Shown here: positions 11,657-22,221 of the stretch, piece by piece
Numbering within the stretch: position 1 is the stretch's first letter
How the letters are laid out: each line of letters begins with the position of its first letter
Assembly: GCA_018992565.1 (NCBI GenBank)
Contig: JACVGW010000010.1
Coordinates: 1-55,595, forward strand
Length of the DNA: 55,595 nt
Reading direction: 5' to 3'
Source: Theionarchaea archaeon
GTDB lineage: Archaea; Methanobacteriota_B; Thermococci; Methanofastidiosales; SZ-28-30
Made by a program: the position numbers and the translations under genes
The notes under the pieces: generated by a model
Told to the model about the DNA's origin: nothing
Database searches by the model: none
Seen by the model: only the letters and a program-made list of their open reading frames with translations

Positions 11657-12649
11657 ATGAGCAAAATGCGTTCCTTGATTCTGTTGGTGGTGGGAGCCAG
11701 TATCCTCTTACTTATGGTGCATCTTGCGGGAGCTGCTGATGTTGCAGATGTACTGAAAAAGGCAGATTTCTCCTTCTTTGCGCTTGCTTTGTTGTGCGAG
11801 GCATTGGCTATTCTTCTGTGGGCACTTCGATGGAGGATTCTGCTGAGCCCTTTTGCCTTAGTCCCCGTGAAGAACACGGTAAAAGGCATCCTTATTGGAG
11901 TGTTTTTCAACAATGTGACTCCCGTGGCAAGGGCAGGAGGAGAGCCTTTCAGAGCATTTTACATGGAGAGAAAAGAAGGTGTGTCTTTTGAGGACGCGTT
12001 TGCCACAGTCACTATTGATCGTATCCTGGACAGCATTCCTCTCATGGTTATTATAACTGCCTCCCTCGCCTACTTTGTGATTCTGCTGGATATCAGTCTT
12101 AGGATGACGATAATCCTGTGTATAGCCCTCTCCCTGAATTTCATACTCCTCTCAGTTGTCCTGTATTTTTCCTTCAATTTGAAAGCAGCCAAGAAATTGA
12201 TGTTTTCTATATTACGATTCGTCGCCCACTTTTCCAATAGACTGGAGAAATATGAATCCAGGATTGAGGCTGCAGTGGAGCAGTATCATGGAGCAGTGAG
12301 GAGGCTTTCTTCTCAGGGTAGGGATCTGATGAAGTCTCTGTCAATATCGTTCACGTTCTGGTTTTTTGTGATTTTGAGAAACTACATGATTGTTCTGGCT
12401 CTTGGTTACAAGATCAGTTTCATGGCAATTATGGTAATACAGACAGTGAGTATTCTGGTGGGAATTGTTCCCTTCCTTCCAGGAGGGCTGGGGTCGATTG
12501 ATGGAGTTATGGTTTTCTTATTCATGTCCTTCAAATTCCCAGCAGCAGCTGCAGTGACTGTCTCTTTGCTGGACCGATTTATCAGTTTCTGGTTGATGAT
12601 GGGCGTTGGAGCAGTTGTGGCATTTGTGGAGCGGCAGTATCTGAAGTAG
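11657..12649 (+). CDS. UPF0104 / lysylphosphatidylglycerol-synthase-TM flippase-like membrane protein
   Basis: RW..LL, FFNNVTP..RAGGEP.R, DRILD and PGGLG motifs. Confidence 0.9.
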   Translation: MSKMRSLILLVVGASILLLMVHLAGAADVADVLKKADFSFFALALLCEALAILLWALRWRILLSPFALVPVKNTVKGILIGVFFNNVTPVARAGGEPFRAFYMERKEGVSFEDAFATVTIDRILDSIPLMVIITASLAYFVILLDISLRMTIILCIALSLNFILLSVVLYFSFNLKAAKKLMFSILRFVAHFSNRLEKYESRIEAAVEQYHGAVRRLSSQGRDLMKSLSISFTFWFFVILRNYMIVLALGYKISFMAIMVIQTVSILVGIVPFLPGGLGSIDGVMVFLFMSFKFPAAAAVTVSLLDRFISFWLMMGVGAVVAFVERQYLK

Positions 12650-12803
12650 TGGGCTGCAGCATTCCAGAGTTCAGGGGGTTCAGCTTTCACGGTGCATATT
12701 GCCTATCCCTGGGTTGTAGTTCTGTATCTGCAACCATGCTCAGAAGATCATCATTGAAAGCTGAAACCATAAGTTTTTTATTCATCCTTTATATGGTATA
12801 TGA

Positions 12804-13328
12804 ATGCAGCACGAAATCTCAGGAGAGCTGTTCCAGTGGCTCAGGATTACTATCTCTTCGGAGAGTGTGTGGGGAAGTCGCCGTCACCTCCTGTGTAAGA
12901 GTGAGGAAGTCCAGAGCAGAGGGGAAAACCTTTTCTTTGGGACAGGCTGGATTGTTTTTGCTGGAAATGGAAAGATCAGGGAATTCTATCTGCATGCTGC
13001 AGACAGTCTGGTCTTCAGGGAGGCCAGCCTCCTGGCATCAGATGTTACTGCAAACCAGACCTCACTGTCTTCTCCCTACATGTCACTGGTAAAAGTCTCC
13101 GGCCCGGGTGTAGTATTTGCCCATGGGAAGGATTTTGCGGAATTCTACCTTGAGGAATCCGAATTCGTTGAGGCCAGAACAGACTGTATTGCTGCAATGG
13201 ATGACAGTGTGACTTTTGAACTGGGAGCCAAGACTTCAGTGCTATCAGGACCTGGAGCCGTTCTGATGGAGTGTGCATTTTCTGAGAAGGAGGAGTCAGC
13301 ACCCTACGCCTTCTTTGATCAAGTATGA
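12804..13328 (+). CDS. AIM24-family-like protein (short, divergent)
   Basis: M.HEI.G..FQ start and repeated SGPG.V beta motifs; overlaps the start of the next gene. Confidence 0.6.
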   Translation: MQHEISGELFQWLRITISSESVWGSRRHLLCKSEEVQSRGENLFFGTGWIVFAGNGKIREFYLHAADSLVFREASLLASDVTANQTSLSSPYMSLVKVSGPGVVFAHGKDFAEFYLEESEFVEARTDCIAAMDDSVTFELGAKTSVLSGPGAVLMECAFSEKEESAPYAFFDQV

Positions 13329-14254
13329 TTCGGAAGCTGGCAAAAGAATACGGATATAACCAAGCGACTCTTGAGAGGTACTATAGACTCTTTGGAAAGG
13401 ATATTGAGTTGTTACTGGAAGCTAACGAAGCTGAACCTCCCACATACATTAGAGCCAATACACTAAAAATCTCACTGTTTGAGCTGGAACAACGGTTGTT
13501 GAAAAGGGGAATAAGACTGCGAGAGGTCGAACAGGGGTTTCTCATTGAAGACGCTCCTTTTTCAGTGAGTTCTACTCCAGAATACCTTCTGGGATACTTC
13601 TATATCCAGGGAATTGCGGAAATGCAGATCGCACCTTTGCTGCACGCCGAAGGTGTTGTTATTGACATGTGTGCAGCCCCGGGCGGGAAAACCACGCACC
13701 TGGCACAATTGATGAGAGATACAGGTGTTATTCTGGCTCTGGATGTGAACAGGGAAAAAATAAAAGCATTAAAGGCGAACATTCAGAGGATGGGAGTTAC
13801 CAACACTATTGTGTATGCAGTGAGTGCTCTTGATTTTTCGTACAGGTGTTCTCGAATCCTGCTGGACGCTCCCTGTACAGGATCGGGCATCATACGGAAG
13901 GATCCAACCCGGAAATATTCACGTGATTCTACAGATATCGCCTTCTGTTCGAGGTTGCAGAAAGATCTACTCAGGAAAGGAGTTGACAACTTGATAGAGG
14001 AAGGGGTTCTGCTCTATTCCACGTGCAGCCTGGAACCAGAGGAGAACGAATTGATTATTGACTGGGCACTGAGAGAACTTCCTGTGGTTGTAGAACCTCT
14101 GGAGTTCACTGTGAATGGAGTCTCTGCAGTAGAAGGCATTACCTGCCCCTTTGGCAGTACCCTTCACAGGGACATCAGAAGATGCAGGAGAATTCTTCCT
14201 CATATCCATGACAGTAATGGGATGTTTGTGGCCAGATTGAGAAAGGTGCAGTGA
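13325..14254 (+). CDS. NOL1/NOP2/RsmB-family RNA m5C methyltransferase
   Basis: IRANTLK, DMCAAPGGKT, LLDAPCTG and YSTCSL..EENE. Confidence 0.95.
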   Translation: MIRKLAKEYGYNQATLERYYRLFGKDIELLLEANEAEPPTYIRANTLKISLFELEQRLLKRGIRLREVEQGFLIEDAPFSVSSTPEYLLGYFYIQGIAEMQIAPLLHAEGVVIDMCAAPGGKTTHLAQLMRDTGVILALDVNREKIKALKANIQRMGVTNTIVYAVSALDFSYRCSRILLDAPCTGSGIIRKDPTRKYSRDSTDIAFCSRLQKDLLRKGVDNLIEEGVLLYSTCSLEPEENELIIDWALRELPVVVEPLEFTVNGVSAVEGITCPFGSTLHRDIRRCRRILPHIHDSNGMFVARLRKVQ

Positions 14255-14297
14255 TTGTGGAGAACCCCATGAGAACAGACTCAGACCTGGCAAGGCA

Positions 14298-14678
14298 ATG
14301 ATTTTTAAACAGCAACTGCTTCACCTACCCATGTATGAAGCGGGTCTCACGTATGCTCTGATGGCGGGATTTACTGCGACGCTGCTTATGCTGTACGCAG
14401 TAGAGAAACGTAATGACCACCTTTTCTTGTTTTCCCTGATGTTCTTGATTATTTCTTGGAGTGGCATTGAGTGGGCACTGTGGCTGCAGGGGTGGAACTT
14501 ATTTGATATGGTATTCACACCCATCGTTCCCCTGGCCAGCTTCTTTGTGGGCTGGACCTTATTTGTGATATACGTGGCAGAAAAATACTTTAAGAGGCGC
14601 TACTGGATTGCTTTCCTACTGGTCCTGGCGTTCTTTATCTGGATATCCACATTCTGCATGAATTGTCTGGCTGACTAG
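14298..14678 (+). CDS. Small 4-TM membrane protein with C-terminal CxxC
   Basis: Four hydrophobic segments ending in FCMNCLAD. ATG 14331 is an alternative start. Confidence 0.65.
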   Translation: MIFKQQLLHLPMYEAGLTYALMAGFTATLLMLYAVEKRNDHLFLFSLMFLIISWSGIEWALWLQGWNLFDMVFTPIVPLASFFVGWTLFVIYVAEKYFKRRYWIAFLLVLAFFIWISTFCMNCLAD

Positions 14679-14702
14679 GCTGATTTCTGTGCTTGAATTA
14701 CT

Positions 14703-15326
14703 CTATTTAAGAATTTTTTTAATTTCTGCTGCCATTTCTGCTTTTACATATGATAATTCCCTGTTTGCATCAATTTCAATCCATTTCTTTCCCAGAAAAG
14801 ACTCATCCTGTAGTTTTTCATACATACGAACGACCTTTTCAAGGAATGCAGTATCGACTTCATGCCTGTCGAGCTTGCTCTTCTGGCTTTGCTTTCGCAT
14901 CCTTCCTGTACGTGGCAGCACTTTCATGTAAAAAACGACATCTGGAGGCACAACTTCAAAGAGCCTGACTATAGCCTTGGCCGTGTCAAAATCAAAACCA
15001 TGGGCGGATTGAAAGGCTATTGTGGATATAATGTACCGATCAGCTAATACAACCTCACCTTTTTCCAGATATTTCTTGATATAGGGCTGATCTTTTATGA
15101 TATCTGCAGCATATGTGAGGAACTGCACAGAAGGAGACAAGTACTCTTTTTTCGAAAGGAAATCCTCAATAATTCTACCCCAAGGGCTTCCATAATCGGG
15201 ATATTGGTAAGGGTTCACAGGGACTCCTCTGGATTTCAGCAGTTCCATGGCATAGTGACACAGCGTTCGTTTTCCCGATCCATCTATTCCTTCAAAAACC
15301 AGAAAGGTTCCATTCATGATGCACAT
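14703..15326 (-). CDS. tmk: Thymidylate kinase
   Basis: FEGIDGSGK P-loop, LADRY..ST.AFQ and PD.V.Y. Confidence 0.92.
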   Translation of the reverse strand: MCIMNGTFLVFEGIDGSGKRTLCHYAMELLKSRGVPVNPYQYPDYGSPWGRIIEDFLSKKEYLSPSVQFLTYAADIIKDQPYIKKYLEKGEVVLADRYIISTIAFQSAHGFDFDTAKAIVRLFEVVPPDVVFYMKVLPRTGRMRKQSQKSKLDRHEVDTAFLEKVVRMYEKLQDESFLGKKWIEIDANRELSYVKAEMAAEIKKILK

Positions 15327-15481
15327 TCAATGCGGGCATAAAAAGGATTTCGTTCGGGCAAGATCATTACATGCGTAAGACCGAAGTCTGGTGATAGATC
15401 ACTCCGAGAACCCGAATGCGGAATCAGTGTGCGAGACCCTTACAGAGCACAGTTTATAAGGTTCCCTGATTGTGACATCTC

Positions 15482-16982
15482 ATGAACATCAAAGCGATTG
15501 GTTTGGGAGTGCTTATGCTTATAGCCTGTTTTCACGTTGTTGATGCCCAGGGGTATCAGGTGATGAATGCTTTCATTGAAACCGAGAGTGGAAAGCGAAC
15601 AGTGGAAATTCGATATACCCCGGGGAATGAAGAATGGGCAAAAGATATCTTCAATACAGTGAGAAAAGGATTCCCGCTCCTGGAAGAACACATAGGAGTT
15701 CCCTGTCCTGTTGATTGGGACATTAAGATTATTGAGGCCAGCAGTCTCAAGCAGGGCGTGGGGGGTGTCAATAGAGGTCCTGAGGGCATTGAGGTCCCTG
15801 CTGACACTTCACCAGGGGTGATCATTCACGAGCTGTCCCATTACTGGTTTGGGCACCAGCTTTCCCTCAAATGGAGCAACTGGGTGCTGGAGGGGTTTCC
15901 TGAAGCATATACTGTGTACATTTTGAGAGAGCTAGGACACCCTGAAGCGTACTCGCTGTGGTACAGCAGGTTGGACCAGTACGAGGAGGCCAGAGCAGCC
16001 ATTGGAGACCTGCCATTGAGCGAGGTAGGATATACACCCAATTTCGAGGATCCTAGAGTGGGGCTGTTGTACAGCAAGGCCATGGTATTCAGTACGTGGC
16101 TGATTCTGTACTTCGGGGAGGAGACCATGCATACTATCAACCAGAGAGTCATTTTTGAGAACCCGTTATATTCTGAGGATTACCAGGCTATCGTCGAAGA
16201 GATTACTGGTGAAGACCTGGATTGGCTGTTCTCAGGATGGGTCTACCCGGGAGACTACTTCTACCAGGAGGAGAAGGTGTCTTTCCAGTGGTTTGCCGGC
16301 GATGGGGATAATGATGGGATTAACACCATGGAGGAAATCAGACAAGGCATGTCCCCCCTGGTGGGAGATACTGATAGGGACGGACTTCCAGATGGGTATG
16401 AAGTGCTGATCAGGACTGATCCCGATAGCAGGGACACGGACAATGACGGACTCGACGATGCGGAAGAGGTCCTGGTCAATATTGATGGGAAAAACACTGA
16501 ATGGGGCGAACCTATACTCTCGGATGAGAAGAATGATGACCCTCTTCCAGATTCCCAAGATATCAAAGGAGTATACGCCACTGCTGACAAGAGATATTTG
16601 TACTTCATGATAGACATGGACAGACCCTCAACAGCATTTCATACCGGGATCAGAATTGATATAGACAATGATGGACAGACTGATTTTATCTTCTTCAGGG
16701 TGTATGATAACCTACATTTGAGCACCTGGGAAGAAGGAGAATGGGTAGAGACTATTGTAGATCCTTCTCTCCTGAGNNNNNNNNNNNNNNNNNNNNNNNN
16801 NNNNNNNNNNNNNNNNNNNNNNNNNNNNNNNNNNNNNNNNNNNNNNNNNNNNNNNNNNNNNNNNNNNNNNNNNNNNGCAGAGCCCAGAACCTTCTCCTGA
16901 ATCTCCTCGAGAGACTCCTCTCGCAGGATGGGCAGTGGCTGTGGGTATGGTACTCTTCTTACGTCTCAACAGGGCGCGGTAG
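15482..16982 (+). CDS. Secreted M1-like (gluzincin) metallopeptidase with TSP3-like Ca-binding repeats and C-terminal membrane anchor; interrupted by assembly gap
   Basis: Signal peptide, HELSH...WVLEG, LYSKA and three DxDxDG repeats. After the gap a different frame (16878-16982) reads QSPEPSPESPRETPLAGWAVAVGMVLFLRLNRAR*, a linker-TM-basic anchor. Confidence 0.8.
16777..16876. other. Assembly gap (100 N)
   Basis: Run of N; true length unknown. Confidence 1.
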
Positions 16983-17138
16983 TTGCCTTCATCCTCCTTT
17001 TTATTCATGAGCTTCTGGAGATCCATGGCTCACCTCTCCCTTTTTCTGTTTCGAAATTTCTTACTACATTACTGGTAAGAAAGCCAGTCAGTATCCTGAC
17101 AGAGACACGATCTTTCCGAAAGACTTATAAACTATTTC

Positions 17139-17165
17139 ACGTGTTGGTAGTTTAGCTAAACACGT
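17139..17165. promoter_or_regulatory. Palindromic putative operator upstream of wHTH regulator
   Basis: ACGTGTT-13-AACACGT inverted repeat overlapping the perfect palindrome GTTTAGCTAAAC (17150-17161), just downstream of CGAAAGACTTATAA. Confidence 0.45.
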
Positions 17166-17221
17166 TAACTGGAGCTTAGAATAAAGAAATCAATTTAAAA
17201 TTGCAGGTTCTGGTGAATCAT

Positions 17222-18095
17222 ATGGGCGAATTATCGCGACTGAGAAAAACGAGAAACTTTCACAAGATATTTGAGCAGATTTTTGAGGTACCAGGGATAC
17301 CTCTATATGAGATTGCCCAGAAGGCGGGGTTGTCTCGGAACACGGTGTCCAAGTACCTGCAGAAGATGCATGAGGAACATGTACTGGTAGGACCTCAGCT
17401 CAGGCTGCTGCCAGCGCCCAATTATAAGGAGTATGTTCACCTAATGAATTTCAAGAATCCTTTTCACTTGTTCGAAGGGTTACGCGAGTTCCCTCATGTT
17501 CTCTATCACGGGATGACCTTTGGAGATTGGAATGCTATGGTGATTACTGATAGATTGCTTGATTTTTCTCAACTGGTGGGATTTGAGAACATGGTGTACC
17601 AGGGTGTACGATACAGATCATACACTCCCAGAGTGGAAAATCTTTCCTGGGACATGACTTTCAGCAAGTGTGCTGATCACATCAGGTCTTTTACCCGAAG
17701 GAGAGAACACAAGAACCGGACACTGGCTCCCCCTCTTGACTGGGAAGAAGACCAATGGAAGACGTACCAGGCATTCAAGTTTAATACTCGAAAGACTGCC
17801 ACCACAACCCTCCAGAGAATTGGAGTTCGCTATGAGACTTACGTCGCGTGGATGGAGGATCTGGCAACCCACTGCACGGTTCATTCTGGATTTTACCCTC
17901 AAGGGTATGACGCCTACATGACCTACTGCTTTCTGCTCTCCACTGAATATGAACAATCACTCAGAACCCTCTTTTCATTCTTTCCCACCACCCCCTTCAT
18001 TATGGAAGTAGGAAACCACCTGATGGCATTCATTAACGTTGCCCATTCAGGGATTAACAGAGAATTGTTCTGTTCAATCTACGACATGAAAACCC
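17222..18095 (+). CDS. Long winged-helix (Lrp/AsnC-like) transcriptional regulator, 3' end lost in gap
   Basis: IAQKAGLSRNTVSKYL HTH; collinear similarity to 36286..37230 (EYV.LM.F..P, W.L/TY...K.N.R, YP.G...Y). Confidence 0.75.
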
Positions 18096-18195
18096 NNNNN
18101 NNNNNNNNNNNNNNNNNNNNNNNNNNNNNNNNNNNNNNNNNNNNNNNNNNNNNNNNNNNNNNNNNNNNNNNNNNNNNNNNNNNNNNNNNNNNNNN
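18096..18195. other. Assembly gap (100 N)
   Basis: Run of N; true length unknown. Confidence 1.
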
Positions 18196-18921
18196 TGTCT
18201 CGGGGAAATCGAGGACTATCTCAGAGTCAGAAAACACTTCCTTTTGATACTCCAGGATTTATCAGAATCAATCGCCATTCCTGGATTCTTGAAAACCAGG
18301 GCCTGGCCAGAAGTCTGTCTGAATTCCTACTCCTCATGGGATAGCTATCTGGAATCGCAAAAAGGCAAGAGAGCGAAAAGCATTCGATATGAATACAGAA
18401 AAAGTGTGGACACCGGAACAAAGACGTTCATGGCAGATGATCTGGATCAGTATGGAGATCTACTTTATGACATGTATCTCAATGTATGCGACAAGAATGA
18501 GAGCATAGTGAAATATCCCAGAGATTTCTTCAAGAGACTGGAAGATCATCTGTCCCCGTATACGAGGTGCATATTCGCAGAAACCGCCAATGATATCACA
18601 GCATACCTGTTCATTCTGGAGAATGAACACTGGATTTCATGCAAATTCGCAGGACGAACCTACGAGTCTGAAGATCCTTATGTCTATTTTCGGCTCATGT
18701 ACGAAATGATAAAATACGCTGCTAGCAAGGGAAAACCAATATCAGCAGAAAAGGCAGCTTATCAGGCAAAACTCAGGAGAGGATTCAAGATTGTCCCCAA
18801 ATTCAGTTACTATCACTCATACTATTCTATAGTTGGAGACATATATCTTAAATTAATCAAGAAGGTAACTGAGTTCAAAAAAATTGATCGAATGGAATTG
18901 TTGGAATCGCTTCAGGATTAG
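18196..18921 (+). CDS. GNAT/FemAB-like transferase, 5' end lost in gap
   Basis: Frame is open from the gap edge (CLGEIEDYL...). Contains SWDSYLES..KRAKSIR, YF.LMYE.I..A and AYQAKLRRG; similar to 26270..27298. Confidence 0.75.
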   Translation, partial: CLGEIEDYLRVRKHFLLILQDLSESIAIPGFLKTRAWPEVCLNSYSSWDSYLESQKGKRAKSIRYEYRKSVDTGTKTFMADDLDQYGDLLYDMYLNVCDKNESIVKYPRDFFKRLEDHLSPYTRCIFAETANDITAYLFILENEHWISCKFAGRTYESEDPYVYFRLMYEMIKYAASKGKPISAEKAAYQAKLRRGFKIVPKFSYYHSYYSIVGDIYLKLIKKVTEFKKIDRMELLESLQD

Positions 18922-20372
18922 GGGGGTTCCGGGTCGAAAAGGAATTTGCGTATGTCAATAATCTTGAATGCAACAATGCACAGAACGTAAAATCCCATGC
19001 CCAGTCCAGCACCGATAATCATTCTGTTTCGGAATAGTACAGCCATCAGCAGAACGCCCATAGAGACACATGCTATCTTGAAGATATCGGACTTCACGGG
19101 ACTGTAATAGGCGAAATCTTTCATTCTTATACTCAAATAGAAAAATTGCACAGACATTGATGCTAATGTGGCGAATGCAGCTCCATTTATTCCCATTTTC
19201 GGAATGAGATATACGTTAAGTAGTATATTCAAAAGGAGAGCGAATACTGTAATATGCATGGGGACTTTTGGTTTTCCCATTCCCTGGAAGGTGACAGAGA
19301 ATATTGAGCAGAAGGACATGAAGAACATGGCCAGAGAGAGAACCATCAATGCAGTGGATGCTACTGCGTACTCAGCTCCAAAAAAGAGTCTGATCAATTC
19401 CTCAGCATAAATCACAAACAGAATGGTGAGCGGAAACGTCGCACCAGATGTGTATTTGAGAGCATCACAGAGATAGGTGCCGACATATCCCTTTTCCCTA
19501 GCCATGTCTTCAGAGACTGCGGGGAGCAGGGGAAGAGCCACACTTGAAGAGACAGATGTCATGATCCGTGCAATAGGAACTGCTGCATTGTACAGCCCCG
19601 CATCTGTGACTCCCAGGAAGTAGGTAATGCAAAAAATGTCAAAGCTCATCAAAATCATCATAGAAACACTGGTAATCGTCTTGGGAACAGCAAAGTCAAT
19701 GAGCTTTCGCAAGAGTTGGAATGACTTTGATCCCGCAGTCAACGAGAGTTTCCCCTTGAACTTTCTCTTGTAAAACATGTATGCAGCTATCAGCCCCGAG
19801 ATATCACCAAGGAGAATCCCAATGACTGCTCCTTCAGTACCCATGCCCAGAGATACCAGGACTATGGCAATAACGAGGACCGCCAGGTTATACACAAGCA
19901 ACGAATAGGTGTAGAAAGGAGATTCCTGGTATCCCAGAAATATCCCATCAATAATCAACCAGAGAGCTTCTACAGGCATGACCAGAACCACAATTCTGAT
20001 GAGAATACCCAGATCAGGTTCACGGAAAATGGCACCCGCAATGGGGCTGGCCGCTGCAAAGATGATTATAGTGACAATGAGAGAAAGGGGGAAAAGATAG
20101 TACATGGCCGTAGCAAGGTAATCTTGAGCTGTTTTCATGTTTTTCATTGCTATTTCCTCTGACAGGTACTTCGAGAGGGCTGCAGCGAATCCTGTAAGGG
20201 TAAAAGAGGCAGTAATGATGATTACAGGCTCTACTGCGCTAACAAGTCCATATCCCCGCACATCCAGCATTCGAGCCATGCTTATCTTGTAAAAGTAGCG
20301 GACGAACCCTATGGCAAACATGGCCATGAAGACATTAAAGGTATGCCGGGCCAACCTACTACTACGATCCAT
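18918..20372 (-). CDS. Wzx/MOP-family flippase (polysaccharide biosynthesis export protein)
   Basis: About 14 TM; AR.L....YG, AGLYNAA, LLP.VS and LIP.MGINGAAFAT. ATG at 20372 follows a GGAGG RBS. Confidence 0.9.
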   Translation of the reverse strand: MDRSSRLARHTFNVFMAMFAIGFVRYFYKISMARMLDVRGYGLVSAVEPVIIITASFTLTGFAAALSKYLSEEIAMKNMKTAQDYLATAMYYLFPLSLIVTIIIFAAASPIAGAIFREPDLGILIRIVVLVMPVEALWLIIDGIFLGYQESPFYTYSLLVYNLAVLVIAIVLVSLGMGTEGAVIGILLGDISGLIAAYMFYKRKFKGKLSLTAGSKSFQLLRKLIDFAVPKTITSVSMMILMSFDIFCITYFLGVTDAGLYNAAVPIARIMTSVSSSVALPLLPAVSEDMAREKGYVGTYLCDALKYTSGATFPLTILFVIYAEELIRLFFGAEYAVASTALMVLSLAMFFMSFCSIFSVTFQGMGKPKVPMHITVFALLLNILLNVYLIPKMGINGAAFATLASMSVQFFYLSIRMKDFAYYSPVKSDIFKIACVSMGVLLMAVLFRNRMIIGAGLGMGFYVLCIVAFKIIDIRKFLFDPEPP

Positions 20373-20549
20373 GGAACCCCTCCTTCTCATGGAGTTCAGG
20401 TATTCTTCTGGTTCCTACCGAGCTATTGAGTATCATGAGTACACCTGTGTACAGTGACTCTTCTTCTGGAGCTGTGAGGCACCAGATGGTGACACTTCCA
20501 AGAACCCTTTATAACTTTAACCATTCGTTCTCTCCTTTCTGTGACCTTG

Positions 20550-21836
20550 CTAGTACGTAGCTCGTGAGGATGCGAGATCAACGTTCACGTGGGAGATGAC
20601 TGTTCTGAACTTCCCTCTGCCGGTCTCAGGTATGGAATCCACTCGCTCCAGTTCGACTGTTATTCCTTGGCCCACAGCCTTCCTGATGTTGTCCATAAGC
20701 TGATTCTCCATGTTCTCAGTGAGTAGTTGGTGAGGTATCAACTGGACTATAATGTAGTCCAGGGTTTTCTGGGTCACTCTGAATTGTCTGATATGGGGGG
20801 TGGAGAAAAAATGTGCAATGAGGCGAGTGGGAGGAATCAACTCCCCAGAAGGAGACACAACAAAATCATCACATCTCCCTTCAATCTCCTTGAGAACTGG
20901 AAGGGTTCTTCCACACTGACAGACTTCGTCGGAAGGGATTCCGATGTCCTGTAGCCGGTATCTGATAAAGGGCATGGCCCTGTTCCACAAGTTGGTGACG
21001 ACGATCTCACCTCGCTCCCCTGGAGCTACTGGTTCCCCATCTTTCAGGAATTCCACAATTCCTCCGTCTGCATCAATATGCATGGTATGGTACTTACATT
21101 CCCAGGCAATTGAGATCATCTCATACGCCCCGTATTTGTTGTATGTCGGGCACTGGAAGATTTTCTCTATGTAGGTTCGATGCCAGGGTAATGAGAGTTC
21201 TCCCCCCAGCAGGATCATTCTCGGAGTACATGGTAGACCAGTTTTTTCCACTGCGCGGGCCAGAGCCACCATGGCTGAAGGATGTCCTGCCAGAATATAT
21301 GGATATTCTTTTTGCATCTCTTCAACGAGTTCTGTGTCAGGTCGTCCTTCCATGATACCTTGGGTCCGCAGAAGAGACATTTTTTCATACTCCTGAAATT
21401 CCTCTGGATCTCTACAGAGGATGCAGAATTTGTGCCAGGGCCTCACTCCCTGGGCCAGATGAGTTCGCAACGACACTGCTCGCATCCTGGTGGCTGCATA
21501 ACGATCATGCAACACTCTGAGTACACTTCCTGAAGCCCCTGAGGTTGACTCTATTACACAGTTCTGTTCAGAAAACCCAGCAGCCACGCTTCTCGAGGGG
21601 TATCCCTCTTTGACCTCGGCCTTGGAGGTAATAGGGATCTTCTTCAAATCATCAAGAGTCCTGATTTCCCCTGGCTTGATGCCAGCATTTCTAAATTTCT
21701 CTTTGTAGAGACGTGTATTTCTATAGGCAAAATCTGCTATGTATCTCAATCGCTTTTCCTGAAACCTCTTGACGTAGTCCTGAGAAGCGTATTGCATTTT
21801 GTATGCCAGAGGAACATATGCGAAAGCATTCCACAT
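20550..21836 (-). CDS. CapK/PaaK (phenylacetate-CoA ligase/F390 synthetase-like) adenylate-forming enzyme 1
   Basis: IPITSK, STSGASG, YGAYE, TNL.N.AMPFIRYR.QD, IEGR.DD and GKFR. Start 21836 follows GGAGGTGA. Confidence 0.88.
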   Translation of the reverse strand: MWNAFAYVPLAYKMQYASQDYVKRFQEKRLRYIADFAYRNTRLYKEKFRNAGIKPGEIRTLDDLKKIPITSKAEVKEGYPSRSVAAGFSEQNCVIESTSGASGSVLRVLHDRYAATRMRAVSLRTHLAQGVRPWHKFCILCRDPEEFQEYEKMSLLRTQGIMEGRPDTELVEEMQKEYPYILAGHPSAMVALARAVEKTGLPCTPRMILLGGELSLPWHRTYIEKIFQCPTYNKYGAYEMISIAWECKYHTMHIDADGGIVEFLKDGEPVAPGERGEIVVTNLWNRAMPFIRYRLQDIGIPSDEVCQCGRTLPVLKEIEGRCDDFVVSPSGELIPPTRLIAHFFSTPHIRQFRVTQKTLDYIIVQLIPHQLLTENMENQLMDNIRKAVGQGITVELERVDSIPETGRGKFRTVISHVNVDLASSRATY

Positions 21837-22023
21837 GGATTCACCTCCGTGATCGGGCAGCATCAGACCAGGAAAGACTCTCCAGGCTCCCTGGTTAATA
21901 CTGCCAGTGATTGCTCCGGTGATTCCCATAGCAGCTAACAGTCTTAATAAGCTTTTCTTCAGTATTCTATACAGCGATACTGGCTGCCCGACCTGGTAGG
22001 AAGAGCCCGATCTGAGAAAGCTA

Positions 22024-22111
22024 CTCTGCACGGAGAGAATCTGTGCAGAGAACGCTGCACGAAAGACAAGAGAATCTTGTGATACGAGAACTGCTGCAGT
22101 AATCTCTGCAG
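22024..22111. repeat. Three tandem imperfect hairpins with GAGAA-containing units
   Basis: CTCTGCACGGA-GAGAA-TCTGTGCAGAG, ACAAGA-GAA-TCTTGT and CTGCAG-TAATCT-CTGCAG. Confidence 0.4.
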
Positions 22112-22221
22112 AAGGACACACTATCAATATCCTCTCTTATTGAGGCTACCAGCTTTCTTCTTGAAAAAATACACTCTCCTCACTAGATATCCGCAAGAAG
22201 GAGAACATGGATTATTATTTC

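Noticed and set aside
16877..16900. AEPRTFS* C-terminus of the metallopeptidase
   Set aside because: The frame across a fixed 100-N gap is arbitrary; another frame gives a coherent membrane anchor.
18196..18247. Post-gap tail assigned to the wHTH regulator
   Set aside because: Gap artefact; this DNA is the open upstream frame of the GNAT gene.
21837..22127. 97-aa N-terminal extension of ligase 1 in the ORF track
   Set aside because: A strong GGAGGTGA RBS precedes ATG 21836, the two paralogs begin at the equivalent point, and a TATA-like box lies within the extension.
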